Source of the DNA: Squalus acanthias
Lineage: Eukaryota
Direction of reading: 5' to 3'
DNA length: 64,000 bases
Assembly (NCBI GenBank): GCA_030390025.1
Contig: CM059433.1
Location: 7,256,001 to 7,320,000 of the forward strand
Positions 37,041 to 46,919 of this stretch are shown here, piece after piece. Numbering within the stretch: position 1 is the first letter of the stretch; each line of letters opens with the position of its first letter. The notes under the pieces are model-generated. The model had not been told where the DNA came from. It ran no database searches and saw only the letters and a program-made list of their open reading frames with translations. Both the position numbers and the translations under genes were made by a program.

Positions 37041-37868
37041 AGAATAATAAATTAGAAATGCTTTCAAAAGACACAATCGGCCAAACTGATTTGACGCGAG
37101 AATGTTTTGCCCAGCACCTTTGTGGAGGTGGGTTTAAAGTCCAGCAGAGGTCAGAAGTTTCAACCTACTCATCCGAGTGCGTAGTTCTCCATGCAGCCAG
37201 CATCCAGACTAGCTGCATAAAAGTCCTCGTCCTCTCCATGATGGTACGGAGTCACTGGAGAGGTGTTCAGAGGCTTATAATGTACAGAAAAGACCAATCC
37301 TAGCGTACTGAGGCACACAAACCTAAATCAGTATCCTCTTTAGAAACTAAAGTGCTAAAATTTATATTTTCGCTAATTGTAGCAAAAAAATGGGTGCAAG
37401 TCAAAAGTAGTATTTCTACTTTCTCACTACAATTAGCAAAGATAGGAATTTTAACTCCCAAATAGGTGCAGTGCAAAGCACTTCACACTTTATTCATTCT
37501 ATTGAAATTTACCACAGTTGTTCATCACTGTAGTCCTCTGGGCCCTTTGCTACAAGCCAATTCAGATCTTAACCCAGCCCAGAAAAGACAGTCTGAAACA
37601 TGCTAGGGATCCCATGATGAATGTGGTTATCCACAACACTGTGCTGCTGACTCTACATATTTCCTGCAGGTGGATGATAGAGAAGCACGCTCAGAATCTG
37701 CAGCCTCGCCCTCCTGCTTATGTAACCACTGACATGCCAGGACCAATACATAGGAAGGGAACAGGAGGGTGGGGTAAGGTTTTAGTAACATGAAAAGAGG
37801 TAAAAGAATTCCGCCCTTCTTGCTCATTAGTAATTGCCTTAACTGGTCAGGAAGTGGTGAATACTTGC

Positions 37869-37968
37869 CCGTGTATCCAGAGAAATATTTGCTGCCTTTC
37901 CATCAACTGTTACAGAGAGAGTATTGCCAGTTTTAGATTTGGCCACACATTCCTGTCCAAACATATCT
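37869..37968 (-). CDS. CPSF3: CPSF3 penultimate exon (GC donor)
   Basis: tttcag|A GAT ATG...ACA CGG|gcaagt; DMFGQECVAKSKTGNTLSVTVDGKAANISLDTR. Confidence 0.88.
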
Positions 37969-38749
37969 CTGAAAGGGGAAAAAGAGTCAATTTTGCAGGT
38001 AAATGACATTTTCAAAAGGACTGAAAAGAAAAATATAAGACATGTATCACAATTTGTTTCCTTTCATTGTTCTCAATCCCATTTGCGCCTGTTAAATCTG
38101 TCACAAAGGAACATTTATTCCACAGTTCAGACAACGATAATGTTGAATTCAGCAGCAATACTGATGATATTCAGTTAAAAAAAAGTACTTTCTATTTCCT
38201 ATGTACGTTTTTTTTGCACTCATGTAAGATTGCATTCATCAGAATAGTGAATGTAATGGGACTAAAGCAAGAAAAATTCACACCCGTCGTTTCACACATG
38301 GTAAACGCAAAACATCACTGCGGGAAGGGGGGGGGGGGGTGGCGGGGGAGGAGGGAGAGAGAGAAGGAAATACTTTCCCCGGCATGGAATGGAAAAACAT
38401 TTGTCAGCCGCGCAAATTTTGGGCATCTGGTTTAAGAGTGACAATGGAAGCAAGGTTACTTTTGCTGGAGAATTCCGTACATCTTGGAAGCTTACTGGCC
38501 TGCTTCCAGGACAAGAAAACATGCTGACTGGAGAGATTCCTATTGGAGCTGCTTGCTGATGGCCCTGTGGTTGACGTCGCCCACTGAAGCTGCAAGTACA
38601 TGCTTCAAAGTAGGGGCCTTTTTAACATTACCTGACCAGTGAGTGCTTTATATTTAAAGTTTATTGGTATAATGCTTACCTTCCACGCTAAAAATTTTAC
38701 ATGACAGCATACACAGAGCAAAATTGTGCCGTGTACAATTTTTTAATAT

Positions 38750-41700
38750 ATTTGTTTATGGGATGTGGGCGTCGCTGGCAAAGCCAGCATTTATTGCCCA
38801 TCCCGAATAGCCCTTGAGAAGGTGGTGGTGAGCCGCCTTCTGGAACCACTGCAGTCCGTGTGGTTAGGGTACTCCCACAGTGCTGTTAGGGAGGGAGTTC
38901 CAGGATTTTGACCCAGCGACGATGAAGGATCGGACGATATACTTCCAAGTCAGGATGGTGTGTGACTTGGAGGGGAACTTGGAGGTGGTGGTGTTCAATG
39001 CGCCTAGGTGGTAGAGGTGCTGCCAAAGAAGCCTTGGCGAGTTGCTGCAGTGCATCTTGTAGATGGTACACACTGCAGCCACAGTACGCCGGTGGTGGAG
39101 GGAGTGAATGTTTAAGGTGGTGGATGGGGTGCCAATCAAGCGGGCTGCTTTGTCTTGGATGGTGTCGAGCTTCTTGCATGTTGTTGGAGCTGCACTCGTC
39201 CAGGCAAGTGGAGAGTATTCCATCACACTCCTGACTTGTGCCTTGTAGATGGTGGAAAGGCTTTGGGGAGTCAGGAGGTGAGACACTTGCCACAGAATAC
39301 CCAGCCTCTGACCTGCTCTTGTTGCCACAGTATTTATGTGGCTGGTCAGTTAAGTTTCTGGTCAATGGTGACCCCGAGGATATTGATGGCGGGGGATTCG
39401 GCGATGGTAATGCCGTTGAATGTCAAGGGGCGGTGGTTAGACGCTCACTTCTTGGAGATAGTCATTGCCTGTCACTTGTGTGGCACGAATGTTACCTGTC
39501 ACTTATCAGCCCAAGCATGAATGTCGTCCAGGTCTTGCTGCATGAGGGCATGGTCTGCTTCATTATCTGAGGAGTTGCGAATGGCACTGAACACTGTGCA
39601 GTCATCAGCGAACATCCCCACTTCTGACCTTATGATGGAGGAAAAGTCATTGATGAAGCAGCTGAAGATGGTTGGGCCTAGGACACTGCCCTGAGGAACT
39701 CCTGCAGCGATGTCCTGGGGCTGTGATGATTGACCTCCAACCACCACAACCATCTTCCTTTGGGCTAGGTATGACTCCAGCCAGTGGAGAGTTTTCTCCC
39801 TGATTCCTATTGACTTCAGTTTTACTCGGGCTCCTTGATGCCAGACTCGGTCAAATGCTGCCTTGATGTCAAGGGCAGTCACTCTCACCTCACCTCTAGA
39901 ATTCAACTCTTTTGTCCATGTTTGGACCAAGACTGTAATGAGGTCTGGAGCTGAGTGGTCCTGGCGGAACCTAAAGTGGGCATCGGTGAGCAGGTTATTG
40001 GTGAGTAAGTGCTGCTTGATAGCACTGTCGACGACACCTTCCATCACTTTGCTGATGACTGAGAGTAGACTGATGGGGCGGTAATTGGCTGGATTGGATT
40101 TGTCCTGCTTTTTGTGGACAGGACATACCCGGGCAGTTTTCCACATTGTCGGATAGATGACAGTGTTACAGCTGTACTGGAACAGCTTGGCTCGAGGCAC
40201 GGCTAGTTCTGGAGCACAAGTCTTCAGCACGACAGCCGGGATGTTGTCGGGGCCCATAGCCTTTGCTGTATCCAGTGCACTCAGCCGTTTCTTGATATCA
40301 CGTGGAGTGAATCGAATTGGCTGAAGACTGTCTTCTGTGGTAGAAACATAGAAAGTAGGAGCAGGAGTAGGCCATTCGGCCCGTCGAGCCTGCTCCACCA
40401 TTCAATACGATCATGGCTGATCATCCAAATCCAGTACCCTGTCCCTGCTTTCTCACACAGAATCCCCATCGAGCCTGCACTGACACATATCCCACCCTAT
40501 CCCCATGTATTTAATTCCCCCTAACATATCCCATCCTATCCCCGTAACCCCACATATTTAATCCCCCCCTAACACTAAGGGTCAATTTATCATAGCCAAA
40601 TCAACCTCACCCGCACATTTTTGGACTGTGGGAGGAAACCGGAGCACCCGGAGGAAACCCACGCAGACACGGGGAGAATGTGCAAACTCCACACAGAGGC
40701 CAGATTCGAACCCAGGTCCCTGGCGCTGTGAGGCACCAGTGCTAACCACTATGCCACTGGTGGTGGGGACCTCAGGAGGAGGCCAATATGGATCATCCAC
40801 TCGGCACTTCTGGCTGAAGATGGTTGCAAATGCTTTAGCTTTGTCTTTTGCACTCGTGTGTTGGGCTCCACCATCATTGAGGATGGGGATATTCATGGAG
40901 CCTCCTCCTCCAGTTAGTTGTTTAATAGTCCACCACCATTCACGACTGGATGTGGCAGGACTGCAGAGCTTTGATCTGATCCGTTGATTGTGGGATTGCT
41001 TAGCTCTGTCTATAGCATGCTGCTTCCGCTTTTTAGCATGCATGTAGTCCTGTGTTGCAGCTTCCCCAGGTTGGCATCGCATTTTTAGGTACGCCTGGTG
41101 CTGCTCCTGGCATGCTCTTCTGCACTCCTTATTGAGCCAGGGTTGGTCCCCTGGCTTGATGGTAATGGCAGAGTGAGGGATATGCCGGGCCATGAGGTTA
41201 CAAATTGTGGTGGAATACAATTCTGCTGCTGCTGATGGCCCACAGCGCCTCATGGATGCCCAGTTTTGACCTGCTAGATCTGTTCTGAATCTATCCCATT
41301 TAGCACAGTGGTGGTGCCACACAACACGATGGAGGGTGTCCTCAGTGTGAAGACGGGACTTCGTCTCCATGATGCATCTGCGACAGGTAGATTGGTGAGG
41401 ACGAGGCCAAGTAGGTATTTCCCTTGTGTTGGTTCTCTCACCACCTGTCGCAGACCCAGTCTGGCAGCTATGTCCTTCAGGACTTGGCCAGCTCGGTCAG
41501 TAGTGGTGCTTCTGAGCCACTCTTGGTGATGGACATTGAAGTCCCCCACCCAGAGTACATTCTGTGCCCTTGCTACTCGCAGTGCTTCTTCCAACATGGA
41601 GTTGTACTGATTCATCAGCTGAGGGAGGGCGGTAGGTGGTAATCAGCCGGAGGTTTCCTTGCCCATGCTTGACCTGAAGCCATGAAACTTCATGGGGTCC

Positions 41701-42360
41701 GGAGTCAATGTTGAGGACTCCCAGGGCCACTCCTTCCCGACTGTATACCACTGTGCCGCCACCCCTGGTGAGTCTGTCCTGCCGGTGGGACAGGACATAC
41801 CCAGGGATGGTGATGGAAGAGTTTGGGACACTGGCTGAAAGGTATGATTCTGTGAGTATGACTATGTCAGGCTGTTGCTTGACTAGTCTGTGGGACAGCT
41901 CTCCCAATTTTGGCTCAAGTCCCCAGATGTTGGTGAGGAGGACTTTGCAGGGTCGACTGGGCTGGGTGTGCCGTTGTCGTGTCCGCAGCCGGTGCCGAGG
42001 TCGATGCCGGTTGGTCCGTCCGGTTTTATCTTATTATTTTTCGTAGCGGTTTTTTACAACTGAGTGGCTTGATCGGCCATTTCAGAGGGCAGTTAAGAGT
42101 CAACCACATTGCTGTGGGTCTGGAGTCACATATCGGCCAGACCAGGTAAGGATGGCAGATTTCCTTCCCTAAAGGACATTAGTCAACCAGATGGGTTTTT
42201 ACGACAATCCGATAGTTTCATGTTCACCATTACTGATACTAGCTTTTTATTCCCGATTTATTTAATTAACTGAATTTAAATGGTGGGATTTGAACTCATG
42301 GCTCCGGATCATTAGTCCAGGCCTCTAGATTACTAGTCCAGTAACATAACCGCTATGCCA
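38750..42360 (-). mobile_element. apparently full-length LINE family B with tRNA-like 5' head, single APE+RT ORF (disrupted), stem-loop tail
   Basis: A box tggcatagcgg (42350-42360), B box gagttcaaatcc (42286-42297); LLTNIWGL..PDIVILTES (APE); RT motifs incl. FADD; no ORF1 visible. Confidence 0.9.
40341..40758 (-). mobile_element. V-SINE (HE1-like) with CR1-derived tail, inserted in the family B LINE
   Basis: tRNA head gtggcatagtggttagc..gggttcgaatc; V-domain tgtgtggagtttgcacattctccccgtgtctgcgtgggtttcctccgggtgctccggtttcctcccacagtcc; CR1 tail; internal ~40-bp duplication at 40484-40575. Confidence 0.85.
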
Positions 42361-42767
42361 ATAACATAACACTTCCTGGCTGAGGGGAATGAAGCAATAC
42401 AAGTTGTAGGAAACGATTGCATGGGAAGTAAAGGTTGAAGAATTATCAAATGGCAGTTTACTTTAGGTGTATGATGAAATCTATTTTGGATCGATTAGTA
42501 GGATGACTTAGGATCTAATCTATTTTTTTTGATAATTGTCAATTCAATTAAATTACTAGCACATCCACAAGTCCCTACCATCTACTGGATTTACTGAAGT
42601 TGTTTGTTCTTATGATGTGGAAGGTTTAGGTCTAGCCAGTTATTCCCTGAACAAATTTGATTTCAGCCATCTTTTCAAAGAGGCAAAGGTCAATCACTTT
42701 TTCAAAAGTAGGGAATTCTGAGACCAAGTCATCCTGTGCTTGGGCCCCAGCTATTCACAATATATAT

Positions 42768-43026
42768 GAGAAGTCGCACAACACCAGGTTATAGTCCAAC
42801 AGCTTTATTTGAAATCACAAGCTTTCGGAGCGCTGCTCCTTCGTCAGGTGAAGTGAAGAGATGCATATAGGCACAGCATATATAGTCAGAGAACACTGCC
42901 AGATGACGAAGGAGCAGCGCTCCGAAAGCTTGTGATTTCAAATAAAGCTGTTAGACTATAACCTGGTGTTGTGCGACTTCTCACATTTGTCCACCCCAGT
43001 CCAACACCGGCATCTCCACGTCATGG
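42768..43026. mobile_element. non-coding Penelope family B pLTR insertion with inverted arms and 12-bp target duplication
   Basis: 80-bp arms 42767-42846 / 42904-42983 with one mismatch; cacaatatatat at 42756-42767 and 43027-43038. Confidence 0.88.
42815..42851 (-). ncRNA. minimal type I hammerhead ribozyme motif (Penelope family B)
   Basis: UCAC-CUGACGA-A-GGAGC(agc)GCUCC-GAAA-GCUU-GUGA. Confidence 0.78.
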
Positions 43027-44237
43027 CACAATATATATATCAATGATTTGGATGAGGGAACCAAATGTAATATTTCCAAGTTTGCTGACAGCACAAAACT
43101 AGGTGGGATTGAGTTGTGAGGAGGATGCAAAGAGGCTTCAAGGCGATTTAGACAAGTTGAGTGAGTGGGCAAATACATGGCAGATGCAGTATAACGTGGA
43201 TAAATGTGAAGTTATCCACTTCGGTAGCAAAAACAGAAAGGCAGAGTATTATTTAAATGGTGATAGATTGGGAAATGCTGATGTACAAAGGGACCTGGGT
43301 GTCCTTGTACACCAGTCACTGAAAGCAAACATGCAGGTGCAGCAAGCAGTTCGGAAGGCAAATGGTATGTTGGCCTTCATTGCAAGAGGATTTGAGTACA
43401 GGAGCAAGGATGTCTTACTACAGTTATACAGGGCCTTGGTGAGATCACACCTGGAGTAGTGTGTGCAGTTTTGGTCTCCTTACCTAGGAAGGGATGTGCT
43501 TGCCATAGAGGGAGTGCAGCAAAGGTTCACCAGACTGATTCCTGGGATGGCAGGACTGTCGTATGAGGAGAGATTGGGTCGACTAGGCCTGTATTCACTA
43601 GAGTTTAGAAGAATGAGAGGGGATCTCGTGGAAACGTATAAAATTCTGACAGGGCTAGACAGACTGGATGCAGGGAGGATGTTTCCCCTGGCTGGGGGCT
43701 CTAGAACGAGGGGTCACAGTCTCAGAATACAGGGTAGGATATTTAGGACTGAGATGAGGAGAAATTTCTTCACTCAGAAGGTGGTGAACTTGTGGAATTC
43801 TCTACCACAGACAGTTGTGGAGGCCAAGTCACTGAATATATTTAAGAAGGAGATAGATAGATTTCTAGACACAAAAGGCATCAAGAGGTATGGGGAGAGA
43901 GCGGGAATATGGTATTGAGATAGAGGATCAGCCATGATCATATTGAATGGCGGAGCAGACTCGAAGGGCCGAATGGCCGACTCCTGCTCCTATTTTTCTA
44001 TGAGCCACCCTTACACAACTCTTAGTGGTAGCATTGGGAGAGGTTTGGGACCCTGTGGAATGACGCATGACGTTGGGTGGTGGCGGGGGGGGCGGCAGGA
44101 AGAAGGGACCCAATGACGGCTAGAAAAAATACACTGTCTTAAATAAATGGTTTATTCACAGTTCCAAAGGCCGACTAAACTAGGAATACTACTTTGTTTT
44201 TTATGCACTAGAATTCAAACAAAATGAAGCAACTTAC

Positions 44238-44307
44238 TCGAGCATAATCTCCAGCCTCCTTGTGTACGTTTCCTTGTCAACTTTTTTGTTTGTACTTTGC
44301 TGTACAA
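44238..44307 (-). CDS. CPSF3: CPSF3 exon
   Basis: ccccag|TT...GA|gtaagt; (V)VQQSTNKKVDKETYTRRLEIML(E). Confidence 0.9.
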
Positions 44308-45006
44308 CTGGGGGAAAAAAATAGAAATATTTTGGCATCCAACAGTCCATTTATTAAATAAAGTAACACAATAATATAAGGTGCACATCAGAAATGCTAA
44401 CTGGAAATCAATTACCTAATTTTGGTTGATATGGCACATATATGGTTCTATTGTAATTAAAAAGCATCTACAATGCAGGTTTAAAAAATACAAGACAATT
44501 CTATTACCAGAAAACCAAGTGCTGAAATATACCTGTTTCTATCTACAGAGGACGGAGAGGCAGCAACGATTCAATTCTGCAGAATGAATTACTTTGGCTG
44601 AGCACTGCCGAGTTCAACAGAATAATCAATTTATTTTTTCCTGTTGCATACTTTAGCATGCAGATACCAGTCTGCTGTATGTTCTTTAGTTTGCCTGCCT
44701 GAATAGCTGCAATACAATGAATGGGTTTCTTATAGGACCCAGTCATAACATAGCAAAGCATAGTCAGCAATAGGCTTCAATTGGTCAATACAACAAAACA
44801 CCACTGCTTCCGCCTTGGCCAGGGGGCAAGGGAACTGACCTGCGTTATACTAAGGCATGCAGACCTAAAGGCCCCAGATTTAACTCCTGCGCTGTTGAGT
44901 CGGCTGATTTCAGCTAGGTCAGCCGTTTGGGAAGAAAACTGGTATTCACAAAAAAACAAGACAATACATGAAGGGGCGAAGACTGAAGCTATGAAAATGG
45001 ACACAC

Positions 45007-45094
45007 CTTTCTGTGCTTTAGGGTTTGACTGCACTTCCAGAATCACCGTCATCACTGCATCTGCGTACATGTCATTTAATGGATTCGCCACCCA
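45007..45094 (-). CDS. CPSF3: CPSF3 exon
   Basis: tcatag|TGG...G|gtgtgt; [29 protein letters not shown]. Confidence 0.95.
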
Positions 45095-45298
45095 CTATGA
45101 AGAAGAAGAAAAAAAGATTTTTTACGGACAGGTTTAACTGAAATATCAAATTCTTTTCATTTAATCATTCTGTGGTTTGCTAACTTGACCCCATCAGTCC
45201 AAGATTACTGAACAAAATAAAATTGGAAAAAATATGCCGTTACATAGAAAAAAAGACAAGGACATTAGTTAGAAAGTTATCAGAAATTAATATATTAA

Positions 45299-45640
45299 TA
45301 GATGCAGGAAGGATGTTCCCGATGGCGGGGGAGTCCAGAACCAGGGGTCACAGTCTAAGGATAAGGGGTAAGCCATTTAGGACTGAGATGAGGAGGAATT
45401 TCTTCACCCAGAGAGTGGTGAACCTGTGGAATTCTCTGCCACACAAGGCAGTTGAGGCCAATTCATTAAATATATTCAAGAAGGAGTTAGATATATTTCT
45501 TAAGGCTAAAGGGATCAAGGGATATGGGGAGAAGGCAGGGACAGGGTACTGAATTTGGATGATCAGCCATGATCTCATTAAATGGCGGAACAGGCTCGAG
45601 GGGCCGAATGGCCTACTCCTGCTCCTATCTTCTATGTTTC
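45299..45640 (+). mobile_element. CR1 3' fragment
   Basis: DAGRMFPMAGESRTRGHSL..; near-identical to the reverse of 47318-47660. Confidence 0.9.
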
Positions 45641-45739
45641 TAAACAGTATAGAGGCACCTGAAAAAAAACCAACAAATGTGGAAATAGCCATAAACAGTA
45701 ACCCGATTATGACTACTGATGATAGGGTAGTATTGACAA

Positions 45740-46170
45740 GTGTCAGCTTGACTCAGTCGGGAACACTCATCTATGAGTCAGAAAGTTGTGGGTTCCCAGA
45801 TTGATCACATAATTTAGGCTGACACTTCAGTACTGAGGGAGTGCCGTGTTGCCAGAAGTGCTGTATTTTGGATGAGATTTTAAAATTCAGGTCCTCTCTG
45901 CCTGCTTAAGTGGACATCAATGATCCCTTGGAGCTATTTGATGAGGAACAGGGGGAGTTCTCTTATCCCTCAATCGACACCATCATAAACAGATTAACTG
46001 ATCATTTATCTTACGGCGTTTGTGGAATCTTGCTGTGTACAATTTTGCTGCCACATTTGCTTACACAGCAATAGTGACGACACTTCAAAAATAGATTATT
46101 GGCTGTGAAGCGCTTTGGGACATCACGATGACACGAAAGGCACGATACAGATGAAAGTTTGTTCTTTCTT
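45740..46170 (+). mobile_element. older Deu-type tRNA SINE
   Basis: Diverged match to 54950-55378. Confidence 0.7.
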
Positions 46171-46277
46171 TCATGGGCAAGTCTATAACGCACTTGACCT
46201 CACCTTCTTCTTAATTGTGTGAAAATAGAGGGGGGGGGGGGAGAGAATTGAAGACATACATTATGCAATGAACTCAC

Positions 46278-46372
46278 CTCCAGCACAACCATGCCTGGCT
46301 CCTGAACCACTGTGATAGCTTTGAAGACTCTCAGTGCTGGCTTTTCATGAACTTCTATTTCTTCCACATCAT
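46278..46372 (-). CDS. CPSF3: CPSF3 exon
   Basis: tttcag|AT...GAG|gtgagt; (D)[31 protein letters not shown]. Confidence 0.95.
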
Positions 46373-46919
46373 CTGAAAGATTTTAAAAAAGTTATTCAAT
46401 TAGAATGCTTATTTTTTTCCCTTTAAAAAGCAATTATAACTGATCTTTAAATCCGCAATGTTTAGAATTCTGATGCTGTAAATGGATATTTTAGGTACAT
46501 CTGATTTGTTCAACCAAGTTCTGACAAGATACAATGACACAAGAGAGTCAACTCTGACAGAAGCAATAGTCCTTGAAATAGAGCAATTTGCTTCCCTTGT
46601 TCCCGAGTGGGTAAAATGCACTGCCTGGTGTGGTAGTGAGCCATTTGGAGCAGAATAGTCCCACGTTAGATCCCCCATCTGTGTTGAGGTAGCTTATTTA
46701 AGCAGGGCAGCAACGGAGGAGCTACATTTGACCACCGCACTTCTGACCTAGGGAAGCAATAATAAAATGAAAGGGGGTTCCTGCCTCTGATTGCAACCCA
46801 GTGATCCTGTTGGAAAGTGCTCACGTGAATGCTCTCGGGGCAATTATGGATGGGCTTGCCAGTATCACCCGCATCCCGAGAACAAATAATTTTTCAAAAG
46901 GTGGAAAATAAAAGAAGCC

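Larger units (their letters stand above)
42735..44000 (+). mobile_element. 5'-truncated CR1 LINE, interrupted at 42768-43026
   Basis: VLGPQLFTIY|INDLDEGTKCNISKFADSTK..LEFRRMRGDL plus tail. Confidence 0.9.

Noticed and set aside
40700..40758. tRNA-like sequences (also 42286-42360, 59490-59570, 36640-36710)
   Set aside because: SINE or LINE heads with A/B boxes continuing into repeat bodies; no complete cloverleaf
39499..41370. 300-aa and 262-aa ORFs with odd termini
   Set aside because: Family B ORF pieces fused to the inserted V-SINE
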